From: Candidatus Limnocylindria bacterium
Lineage (GTDB): Bacteria; Chloroflexota; Limnocylindria; QHBO01
Assembly: GCA_035708065.1 (NCBI GenBank)
Contig: DASSTC010000016.1
Coordinates: 12,773 to 76,772 of the forward strand
Length of the DNA stretch: 64,000 nucleotides
Direction of reading: 5' to 3'
Below the pieces are notes generated by a model that saw only the letters and a list, made by a program, of their open reading frames with translations, ran no database searches and was not told where the DNA came from. A program made the position numbers and the translations under genes. Position 1 is the first letter of the stretch. The number at the start of each line of letters is the position of its first letter. Positions 56,077 to 64,000 of the stretch are shown here, piece after piece.

Positions 56077-57842
56077 GGCTGCTCCGTCGGTTCGAGGCGT
56101 GAGAAGTAGTCGCGCACGAAGTCCTTCAGCGTGACCGGCACCTGTTGCCGGTCGAGCTGGTTGTTGGCGAAATTGCGGAAGAGATCGAAGACGGACCGAT
56201 ACGGCACGACCGACTGGTTATCCAGGCCGATGCCGTTGCCGCCGCCGTTCTGGGTCGGGCCGCCGTTGCCACCCTGCCCGGCGATGTAGCTCGGGTCGCC
56301 GGGATTGCCGAGGCGGTTGATTGGGGCGAAGAGCTTGTCGTCGCCATTCGGTGCGTCGGGCTTGTTGCCCTGCGAGGGCCCGTTGAAGCTCCCGGTCCGC
56401 AGGCCGCCGCCCGGGATGCGGTGCACCTGGGTACCGCCGCCGCCGCCCGGCTGATTGCCGGTGTTGTTGCCCTGGCCAGGCTGGGTGCCTTGGCCGGGCT
56501 GGTTGCCCTGGCCGGGCGCGCCGCTGGCACCGGGCGCCGGCTGGCCGCTTCCGCCGGGCGAGGGCTGGCCGGGCGAACCCGGTGCCGGTTGGCCCGATGC
56601 CCCCGGCTGCGGTTGGCCGGACGAACCCGGCTGCGGCTGACCTGCGCGCGCGACCTGGCGCGCGCCGTCCGATAACGCGGACTGCGCAGCCGCCACGTCA
56701 CGCTGCAGCTGGCGTCGCTGCTCGGCGTTGCGCGTCGCATCCGCGGCACGGTTGAGCGCATCGCGTGCCGCCTGCTGGTCATGCTGATCGCCGGACTGCG
56801 CCGCGCGGTCCAGGGCATCGGCTGCTTCGCTGAGCTGTCGAGCCAGGTCGGGCTGTCCTGACGCCGCCTGCGATGCCTGCCGCAGCGCATCGGTCGTCGA
56901 TCTCGCCTCGGAGGGTGACTGGCTGCCGAGCTTGTTGGCGAGGTCCTCGAGGTCCTTGGCCGCCGCATCGGTCGTGCCCTCGGCATTGTTCTGGTCGTCA
57001 CCGGTCACCGCGCGGGAGATGGAGCGCGACAGCTGCGTGAGCTCGGCGTCCCTGGCTGCCGCCTGCGGGTCGGCCAGCTTCGCCAACTGCTCCTGCACCG
57101 AACCGATGCGGGCCAGTGTTGCCTGCCGGTCATCGCCCTGTTCGCGGAGCTGCCTGGCCAAACGACGCAGCTGCTCCACGAGCTTGTCGCGCTCGGGATC
57201 CTTCGTGTCGGCGCCCTTGCGCTCGGCGTCGTCCGCGACCTTCTCCACGCGCTCGGCGACCTGCCGGCTCGCCTCGCGCGCCGCGCGACGATCGGCCAGC
57301 ACGCCGTCCTGCGGATTCGGCCAGACGACGAGGACGAGCAGCAGCACCAGCGCGATGCCGGCGACCGATGCGGGCCGGCGCTCGAGCCGCGGTCGGAAGG
57401 CGCCCCGCAGGTCGACCTCGGCCAGACGCGCGCGAGCATCCGCCAGCTGGCGCGGCACGAGATCGAGCTCGAGCTCGCGCTCTGTCGCGCCGCCGGATCC
57501 GATCAGCTCGAGCGCTGTGCCGAGGCGCTCGCGGAGCGCCAGCTCGTCATCGGCACGGTGGGCGGTCGCGACCAGCGACGGTCGCTGCAGCCAGCTCCAG
57601 GCGGCCCACGCCAGGATGACGGCGGCCACGACGGCGAGCATGAGCTGCGGCGCCCATTCGACCGCGATGCTGCGGGCCAGCAGCTGCACGCCGGCGAGCG
57701 CGATGAGCGCGGCCGCGGTCGCCCACCCACCACCGCGCAATGATCGCCGCAGCCAGAGCCGTCGCCGCAGGGCGGCCAGGCGTGTTGCGCTGTCGCGCCC
57801 GAGCCGATCGGTCACACGCCTGCCGTCCTGGCGGTCGGTCAT
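56073..57842 (-). CDS. Bitopic membrane protein with long coiled-coil and Q/G/P/N-rich low-complexity region (DUF4175-like?)
   Basis: 589 aa. TM helices are near residues 40-90 and 155-175. The middle is Ala/Arg/Asp/Gln-rich and helical. Carries a GQPxPG repeat. The C-terminus is VPVTLKDFVRDYFSRLEP. ATGA overlaps at both ends. Confidence 0.8.
56431..56645 (-). repeat. Coding low-complexity tandem repeat (SGQPxPGx octapeptide-like, then GQGNQPGQGTQPGQGN)
   Basis: The minus-strand translation reads GQPQPGSSGQPQPGASGQPAPGSPGQPSPGGSGQPAPGASGAPGQGNQPGQGTQPGQGNNTGNQPGGGGG. Confidence 0.85.
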
Positions 57843-59032
57843 GCTTCCGCTTCCTCGATGCGTGGATCGCCGTCGCCGGCGACTTGTGTCGCGCTGGCGA
57901 CACGCGCGCCACGCTGACGGCGGAAGACGAAGCGCATCCCCGCGGGGAGGACCAGGCGCATCGAGATGAGGGTCAGCAGCACCGCGAGCAGCGCGAACGT
58001 CGCGGCGAAGCGCGGCCAGAAGTGGTCGTAACGGGTGTTGAAGCCGAACGCCGTGGCTCGGTCAGGGATGCGCGAGCCGGGGACCTGGCAGATCGCGCCG
58101 GCCGGACACGGATCGGAGCCCGGGACGGCGCACGGACCGTCGCCGCACAGGTCGGTTGCCGTCGTAGGCACCAGCGGGCTGCCCGTGCCGAACTGGCTGA
58201 CGAACGAGCTGAACGTACCCGGCACCGACTCGGTGTTGGCGACGACGTCTGCCATGGCGACCGCCGGGTTGACCCACATCAGCTGCTCGGGGGCGGTGCG
58301 CCGTTCACTGAACGGGCTCGAGGTGTCTCGATTGGCGAGCGCCGTCCAGAAGACGAAGACGAGCAGGGTGCCGATGGTGAAGGCAAGCATCGTCGAATAC
58401 GTCAGGACGGTCGAGGCCTGCGTGCGCTTCACGAAGGCTGAGAAAAAGAGCCCGATCGTGCCGAAGCCGAGCGCTGCGCTGAGCAGGACGACGAGCTGGC
58501 GCAGCAGATCACCGATCGTCACGCCGCCGTACATGAACACCAGTGCGCTCAACGGGATGCCGGCCAGGATCATGAGCAGGAGGAAGGCAAGTGCCGCGAG
58601 GAGCTTGCCGACCACGATGGCGCCCGGTCGCATCGGTGTGCTGATCAGCAGGTCGAGCGTCTGCTTCTCGCGCTCGAGCGAGATGGCGCCGGCGGTGAAT
58701 GCCGGGGCGATGAAGCAGACCAGCAGCAGCTGGAACATCGACAGCGTGGCGAAGATCGCCTGACCGATGCTGGCCGATGCGTTGGCCGCATTGAGACCGC
58801 CGAAGCCCCCGAATGCACCGCCGGCCACCTGCGAGCGCGCCTGCGGCCCCATCACCGTGTATACGCCGTAGGCGATCAGGGCCAGGATCGCCAGGTAGAT
58901 GGTGAGCACCACGAACGCGCGCCGGCCGCGGAATCGCGAGCGCAGCTCCTTGACCATGATCGTGGCGACCGCCGAGGCGAACTCATGGAAGCGGCCGCGC
59001 TCGAGCGGCGCGGCAACGGCAGCGGCGCTCAC
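57839..59032 (-). CDS. ABC-2 type transporter permease with Cys-rich extracytoplasmic loop
   Basis: 397 aa and multi-TM. The loop DLCGDGPCAVPGSDPCPAGAICQ has 4 Cys. GTG overlaps the ATPase stop (GTGA). Confidence 0.85.
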   Translation of the reverse strand: MSAAAVAAPLERGRFHEFASAVATIMVKELRSRFRGRRAFVVLTIYLAILALIAYGVYTVMGPQARSQVAGGAFGGFGGLNAANASASIGQAIFATLSMFQLLLVCFIAPAFTAGAISLEREKQTLDLLISTPMRPGAIVVGKLLAALAFLLLMILAGIPLSALVFMYGGVTIGDLLRQLVVLLSAALGFGTIGLFFSAFVKRTQASTVLTYSTMLAFTIGTLLVFVFWTALANRDTSSPFSERRTAPEQLMWVNPAVAMADVVANTESVPGTFSSFVSQFGTGSPLVPTTATDLCGDGPCAVPGSDPCPAGAICQVPGSRIPDRATAFGFNTRYDHFWPRFAATFALLAVLLTLISMRLVLPAGMRFVFRRQRGARVASATQVAGDGDPRIEEAEA

Positions 59033-59994
59033 GCGGCCTCCTCGGCGCCGGCGTCCTGTCCGGTGACCTTCAGGAAGATCTCCTCGAGGCCGCTGGTCGC
59101 CTGCGCGAAGCTGCTCAGCCGGTGGCCGGCGGCGACGATGTCGCGCAGCAGCGCCGCCTGATCATCGGGCGTGCCGTCGAACGGCAGCTCGAGGCGCGTG
59201 ACTCCCGCGGCGGAGCCGTCGACCAGGATCTCGCCGATACGGCGGTCGGCCTCCAGCTTGGCGATCAGCGGCGCCGAGTCGGAGAGCACCTCGATCCTGA
59301 GGACGGCGCCCGCGCGCAGGGAGCGCTCGATCTCGTCGATGCTGCCCGAGCGCAGCAGCCGGCCGCGATCGATAATCCCGACGCCGGTGCACATCTCGCC
59401 GAGCTCCGGCAGGATGTGGCTGCTGACGAGGATCGTCTTGCCCATCGAGCGCAGCTCGCGCAGGATCTCGCGCATCTCCACCCGTGCTCGAGGGTCCAGG
59501 CCGGAGGCCGGCTCGTCGAGGATCAGCAGCGCCGGGTCGTGAACCAGCGTGTGGGCCAGGCACAGCCGCTGACGCATGCCGCGCGACAGGCTCTCGACGT
59601 AGGCGTCGCGCTTCTCGCCGAGGGCCACGATCTCGAGCAGCTCGCCGATCATCGCCGTGCGCCGGGGGGCGGGGACGCCGTAGCAGCGGGCGAAGAAGTC
59701 CAGGTACTCCCAGACGCGCAGATCGTCGTAGACGCCGTAGAAGTCCGGCATGTAGCCGATGCGCCGCCGAACGCCGATCGGGTCGACATCGACCGGGATG
59801 CCGCACACCAGCGCCTCGCCGGCCGTCGGCGCGAGCAGCGTGGCCAGGATCTTCATCGTGGTCGTCTTGCCCGCGCCGTTCGGCCCGACCAGGCCGTAGA
59901 TCTCGCCCGGTCCGACGACCATGTCCACGCCGGCGACCGCCATCTGGTCGTCGTAGCGCTTGGTGAGCCCACGGGTCTCGATCACCGGGGTCAT
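59029..59994 (-). CDS. ABC transporter ATP-binding protein (ABC-2 type)
   Basis: 321 aa from ATG 59994 (ATGA overlap). Walker A GPNGAGKTT, LSRGMRQR, LILDEP. Confidence 0.93.
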   Translation of the reverse strand: MTPVIETRGLTKRYDDQMAVAGVDMVVGPGEIYGLVGPNGAGKTTTMKILATLLAPTAGEALVCGIPVDVDPIGVRRRIGYMPDFYGVYDDLRVWEYLDFFARCYGVPAPRRTAMIGELLEIVALGEKRDAYVESLSRGMRQRLCLAHTLVHDPALLILDEPASGLDPRARVEMREILRELRSMGKTILVSSHILPELGEMCTGVGIIDRGRLLRSGSIDEIERSLRAGAVLRIEVLSDSAPLIAKLEADRRIGEILVDGSAAGVTRLELPFDGTPDDQAALLRDIVAAGHRLSSFAQATSGLEEIFLKVTGQDAGAEEAA

Positions 59995-62411
59995 CGGACG
60001 AGCACTCCGGAGAGGCTGGCCGTGGCGAACACCGGCGTCTCGCCCTGATCGGCCGGCACCGAGTCGCCGACGATCCGCACCAGGATGCTGTCGCCCGGAC
60101 CGATGAACTCGCTCGGGTCGGGCAGCTCGAAGCGGCTCAGCGCATTCGGGTTGCCGAGCTCCACCCACGCGTCGTTCGCGACGTTGTAGGCGGACACGTG
60201 GTAGCCCGGCGGCAGCGGGTTGCTGGCGTTGAACTGGTTGAACATCACCGAACCCGGGTCGCCGGCGGTCAGGATCGCGGCGGACGAAGGATGCAGGCCG
60301 ACCGCCTGGAGCGGCAGGGAGATGCGGAACTCGACCATCCCGTTGCCGAGCAGCGTGCCGAAGTCCTGGTTGATCACGTCGCCATCGGTCGCCACCACGC
60401 TGACATGCAGCTCGGAGGGGGTGAGCTCGATCTTGCCTGGACCGAGCGTCGGCGTGCCGGCGACGACCTCGACGCCTTGGCTGAAACGCTGCACCTTCTG
60501 CCCGTCGATCTCGACGCTGACCGGCGACGCGTCGTCATGCCAGCCGATGACGTATGGCCCGGCGGCGTCCGCGGCACCGGGCTGCTCACCGAGCTTGCCG
60601 AAGCCGGCGCCGGCGCCGACCAGCGTGTCGATCACCTGCCGCCGTGTCTGGATCTGCAGCTGGCGATCGGTCCCGGTGAACTCGCCGCTTTGGAAGCCGT
60701 ACACCCGATCGGACGCCTGTGAGCCGTCGAACGGGCTGATCGACAGGTTGAACTCGTGCGACGCGCCCGGCGCCAGATCCCCGATCTTCGTGCCACCACC
60801 GGCGGCGATCACCGCGACGTCGGTCAACGGCTCCTCGGAGACGTTCGTCACGCGGCCGGTGATCTGCCGGCCTTCGTGGTGCCAGGTCACGTCGAGCGAC
60901 GGCCGGTAGGCGATCGTCGTCTCGGCGCGGATGCCCTGCAGGCCGAAGACGCTCACCGACAGGCCACGCAGGTGCGACGGATCGCCCTGCTCGGTGGGGT
61001 GCTCGACCGGCTGACCGTTGCCGTCGAAGAAATCTGCCAGGGACGAGATCAGTGCGTCGCCGCGCACCGTGAGGTCGTACGTCGAACGGCTGGGCGAGAA
61101 GACGCCGGCATAGGTCGAGACCGATGCCGCCGACGCTCCGCTCGTGGTCCGCACCACGGACACCTCGTTGACGATGATGTCGCTGCCCTTCAGCGACGAG
61201 CCGATGCCGTACGACCCGGCCGAGAACGCGACGACCAGCGCCGGAGCGGTGACCCACGCCAGCTCGCGACGGTCCCATCGACGCAGGACGAAGTAGCTGG
61301 CCGGGCCGATGAGGACGATATATGCGCCGATGACGAGGAGCAGCAGCTCGGCCGGCGGGACCTGCAGCGACGGCAGGTTGGCGAGCGCCTGCGACATCAG
61401 CGCGTCGATCTGCTGCTGCTGCATCATCCCGCCGCCGGTTAGTTGCTGCTGCAGCCGGTCGTCGGGCAGCAGGCGCGACCAGAACGGCGCGGCGCCGGGC
61501 CAGTCGCGGAACGGACGAGTGGCCAGATCGACGCCGATGAACGTGACGCGTCCGGCGCCGCTCGATCGCGTGGTGAGCAACGGGTGGTGCTCGGGTGCCA
61601 GCGCGAACGCGTCGGAGCGCACCGTGCCGGCCGCCGCGGTTCCCAGCGTGGCGTCCGCCGGCAAGTCACTGCCGCTCCACGTCGCGAGCGCGTCGAACGG
61701 CACGTTGTCCGCCGAGCTCAGGTCGGTGACCGGCAGCAGGTCGCCGAATGCGGCGGTGCGCGCCTGCCAGTCCGGGCCACCGATCACGATCAGGTCGCCG
61801 CCGGCGGCGATCCAGCGTTCGAGCGCCCGCCGCTGCGCCTCGGTCAGCGTGCTGCTGTCGCCGGCCCACACGATCGTCTCGAGGCCTGCCAGCGGCTCAG
61901 GCCGTTCGGGGAGATCGGCTACCGCAAGCCCAACCGGCTCCGGCAGCCCGTCGCCCCGTGTCGTGACCTGCGCGCGCAGGTTGCCCTGTGCATCGCCGAC
62001 GAGCGCGACGTTCGCGCCGGAACGTTCGAGGACCTTGACCTCGGCGCTGCCGGTGGCGAGCGATGTGCCGGCATCGGTCTGGAAGTGCACTTCGACCTGG
62101 CGGGTGAAGGCGCCCGGGCGCAGGAACAGGGTCACCTGCTTGCGAGCGCCGGCCGGCAGCTCAACGGCGCGGCGCACCGGGCCGTCCTGGCCACTCGCCT
62201 CGAGGCGGCCGTTGACCGGCGCGCCGTCGTTGGTCAGCGAGACGGTCAGTCCCAGCCAGCCGCCGTCCTCGAAGCGGCCCGCGACGAGAGGCCGAACCTG
62301 GAGCTGGATCGGGTCCGCCGCAAGCGCGACACCGGCGATGGCGGGCAGCAGGAAGAGGGCGCAGGCAACGGCTGCGACGCATCGCGGCAGGGCTCGGGAC
62401 CGGACCGTCAT
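59991..62411 (-). CDS. Large exported/membrane protein with GATase1-ThuA-like (DUF4350/GldG-like) segment and two central TM helices
   Basis: 806 aa from ATG 62411 (GAGGGGAG upstream). Signal peptide ALPRCVAAVACALFLLPAIAGVALA. IVWAGDSSTLTEAQRRALERWIAAGGDLIVIGGPDW. TM pair lies around residues 375-420. Confidence 0.8.
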   Translation of the reverse strand: MTVRSRALPRCVAAVACALFLLPAIAGVALAADPIQLQVRPLVAGRFEDGGWLGLTVSLTNDGAPVNGRLEASGQDGPVRRAVELPAGARKQVTLFLRPGAFTRQVEVHFQTDAGTSLATGSAEVKVLERSGANVALVGDAQGNLRAQVTTRGDGLPEPVGLAVADLPERPEPLAGLETIVWAGDSSTLTEAQRRALERWIAAGGDLIVIGGPDWQARTAAFGDLLPVTDLSSADNVPFDALATWSGSDLPADATLGTAAAGTVRSDAFALAPEHHPLLTTRSSGAGRVTFIGVDLATRPFRDWPGAAPFWSRLLPDDRLQQQLTGGGMMQQQQIDALMSQALANLPSLQVPPAELLLLVIGAYIVLIGPASYFVLRRWDRRELAWVTAPALVVAFSAGSYGIGSSLKGSDIIVNEVSVVRTTSGASAASVSTYAGVFSPSRSTYDLTVRGDALISSLADFFDGNGQPVEHPTEQGDPSHLRGLSVSVFGLQGIRAETTIAYRPSLDVTWHHEGRQITGRVTNVSEEPLTDVAVIAAGGGTKIGDLAPGASHEFNLSISPFDGSQASDRVYGFQSGEFTGTDRQLQIQTRRQVIDTLVGAGAGFGKLGEQPGAADAAGPYVIGWHDDASPVSVEIDGQKVQRFSQGVEVVAGTPTLGPGKIELTPSELHVSVVATDGDVINQDFGTLLGNGMVEFRISLPLQAVGLHPSSAAILTAGDPGSVMFNQFNASNPLPPGYHVSAYNVANDAWVELGNPNALSRFELPDPSEFIGPGDSILVRIVGDSVPADQGETPVFATASLSGVLVR

Positions 62412-62457
62412 CTCCCCTCGTCGAGCGGATGGTGCCACGCTTGACGCGTGACGCAGC

Positions 62458-62467
62458 CAACCGGTTG
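62458..62467. promoter_or_regulatory. 10-bp perfect palindrome CAACCGGTTG in the divergent gap between the 13-kb operon and the GAF kinase
   Basis: Read directly. It is flanked by a TGACGC-G-TGACGC direct repeat (62442-62454). Confidence 0.25.
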
Positions 62468-62527
62468 CAGTAGCGTGAGTGTAGGGGCGGCGTCCAGTCG
62501 TTGTTGACCAGCAAGGCGGAGGGGCGG

Positions 62528-64000
62528 ATGGGACCAGGCGCGGCCAGGCGTTCCGATCTCGAGCGTCACCTCGAGCGCCAGATGCGCACCCAGGAGCGTC
62601 AGCTGATCGTGGTGCGCGCCGCGGTGGTGGCCGTCGCGCTGGTGGTGGTGCTCGTCTTCCGCCAGCAGCTGACCGCCTTCACGCTGATCCTGGGTCTGCT
62701 GGGCGCGGTTGCCGCATACGACATCGCGCTGGCGCTGCTGCTCAACCGCTTCCCGGCGCGCGAGGTCGGGATCGTGGCCACCGCGCTCGACATGGCGGCG
62801 GTCACCATCGCGATCTACGCCGAGCCCGGTGCGCTCGACGCCTATCTCTTCTACATCCCGGTGATCCTCGGCGCGGCACTGCGCTTCGGCCTGGGCGCCT
62901 CGCTGTGGTCCTCGCTGCTCATGGCCGCGATGTACGCCGCCGTCGTGCTGCTGGGTCCCGGGCCACGCAACCTCGTCGTGGAGCTGCTGCCGGTGCGGGT
63001 CGCGTACCTCGTCGGGATCGGCGTGGCCGCTGGGCTGTTCGCGCGGGTGGTCATCGGTCGAGCGGGTGAGAACGCCCGGTTGCAGTCACGGCTCGACGAG
63101 GAGGAGCGTGAGGCGGCGCAGTTGCGAGAGCGCGACGTGCTCTCCGCCATGGCCCGTGACTTCTCCGCGTCGCCGGAGCGCGATGCGACGGTGCGCGCGA
63201 TCCTGGACGCCGCCGCGCCGCTGCTCGGCAGCGTCACCGTGCTCTACCTCGTTGACGGCGACCGGCTGGCGCCCGCTGGTGTGGAGGGAATCGAGCCGGA
63301 GCTCGTCGAGGCCATGCGCGCGCACGTTACCGGTCGCACGCTGCGCATCGGCGAGGGGATCGCCGGACGGGTGGCCGCGACGGCGACGGCGATCGTCGCT
63401 GGCGGGGAAGCACCGGTCCCCGCCTTCCCCGGCGATCCGGACGCGGTGACGGCGCTTGACCTGCGCTCGGTCGTGGCCGTGCCGATGCTCAGCCGGGGCG
63501 CGGTCCAGGGCATCCTGTTCAGCGGGTCACGGTCCGCCGCCGCACTCGCCGACGGCGAGCGACGCCTGGCCGAGGCGATCGCCGAGCGCGCCGGTCCGGC
63601 GCTCGAGAATGCCGCGCTGTGGACCGACCTGCAGGACCAGGTCGTCCGCGAGCAGCAGGCCCAGCACATCAAGGACGATTTCCTGTCGATCGTCAGTCAC
63701 GAGCTGCGCACGCCGCTCACCAGCATCCAGGGCTACTCGCAGCTGCTGGAGGGTCGCCTGCGGGGGTCGACCGATGCGAACGCCAAGGAGCGCTCGCATT
63801 TGCGCATCATCCGCTCACAGGTCGCGCGGATGCGGCGGCTGGTCGATGACCTGCTCGACGTCAGCAGGATCGACAAGCGCGGCGGCGTGAGCATCGAGCC
63901 TGCCGCGTTCGACCTGGCCGAGGAGCTGCGCGAGATCGTGGCACGCACCGAGCGGGAGCATCCGAATCGGAAGGTGTCGCTCGACGCGCCGCCTTCGATC
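62528..64000 (+). CDS. Membrane GAF-domain sensor histidine kinase, 3' end beyond the window (not in ORF track)
   Basis: ATG 62528 with GGAGG upstream, and the frame stays open to base 64000 (491 codons). About 5 TM helices, a GAF-like region (IGEGIAGRVA...SVVAVPM), and HisKA H-box FLSIVSHELRTPLTSI. Confidence 0.88.
   Translation, partial: MGPGAARRSDLERHLERQMRTQERQLIVVRAAVVAVALVVVLVFRQQLTAFTLILGLLGAVAAYDIALALLLNRFPAREVGIVATALDMAAVTIAIYAEPGALDAYLFYIPVILGAALRFGLGASLWSSLLMAAMYAAVVLLGPGPRNLVVELLPVRVAYLVGIGVAAGLFARVVIGRAGENARLQSRLDEEEREAAQLRERDVLSAMARDFSASPERDATVRAILDAAAPLLGSVTVLYLVDGDRLAPAGVEGIEPELVEAMRAHVTGRTLRIGEGIAGRVAATATAIVAGGEAPVPAFPGDPDAVTALDLRSVVAVPMLSRGAVQGILFSGSRSAAALADGERRLAEAIAERAGPALENAALWTDLQDQVVREQQAQHIKDDFLSIVSHELRTPLTSIQGYSQLLEGRLRGSTDANAKERSHLRIIRSQVARMRRLVDDLLDVSRIDKRGGVSIEPAAFDLAEELREIVARTEREHPNRKVSLDAPPSI

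Noticed and set aside
56431-56645. Periodic GC-rich repeat that could be mistaken for a CRISPR or VNTR array
   Set aside because: The periodicity is 24 nt with no spacers and is fully in frame within a long ORF, so it is a coding low-complexity repeat.

Overview
High-GC (about 70%), tightly packed bacterial chromosomal segment. F420-linked enzymes, leaderless-type gene starts and many 1-4 nt gene overlaps suggest an Actinomycetota- or Chloroflexota-like organism; this is an inference, not a database result. I call about 57 protein-coding genes. I found no rRNA, tRNA, CRISPR array, transposase or integrase. Gene content in order:
- Small membrane proteins, a thiolase, and a Zn-ribbon nucleotide cyclase.
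- An MFS transporter, two F420-type oxidoreductases, and a proline-racemase-family / acetamidase / APC-permease group.
- moaA, malic enzyme, and a secreted LTxxQ-repeat protein divergent from an OmpR/HisKA two-component pair.
- Locus 16745-24691: ALDH, GNAT, a secretion-ATPase-like P-loop protein, a ChlI-like AAA+, DUF1232 and a VWA protein. It is interrupted by an antisense, lower-GC HTH + PD-(D/E)xK gene.
- A tightly spaced (partly start/stop-overlapping) LLM / small proteins / flavin reductase / BFD-like [2Fe-2S] / ABC-2 exporter operon.
- A polyamine/omega-amine catabolic island: ALDH, FMN oxidase, saccharopine-DH-like, two class-III aminotransferases, a MerR+XRE+cupin regulator and potABCD.
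- Acyl-CoA dehydrogenase, acetoacetyl-CoA synthetase, and an FG-GAP surface protein.
- A 13-kb, eight-gene, translationally coupled operon joining an ABC-2 exporter, giant exported proteins and a MoxR-DUF58-VWA-VWA module, followed by a GAF histidine kinase cut by the window end.

The most notable signals are these:
1. The 9-mer GACCGATGC/GCATCGGTC occurs about 49 times, where about 1 is expected. It appears in several reading frames and in non-coding DNA, which resembles a DNA uptake sequence.
2. The 13-kb MoxR/VWA/ABC-2 envelope operon and its convergent FG-GAP neighbour.
3. The secretion-ATPase-like + ChlI-like AAA+ + VWA locus, split by an HTH-nuclease gene.
4. A recurrent nAnCAT -10 box lies 5-7 nt upstream of start codons, indicating leaderless mRNAs.
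5. A 600-nt structured non-coding gap at 43145-43745.

The many long antisense or out-of-frame ORFs in the track are GC-driven artefacts and were rejected.
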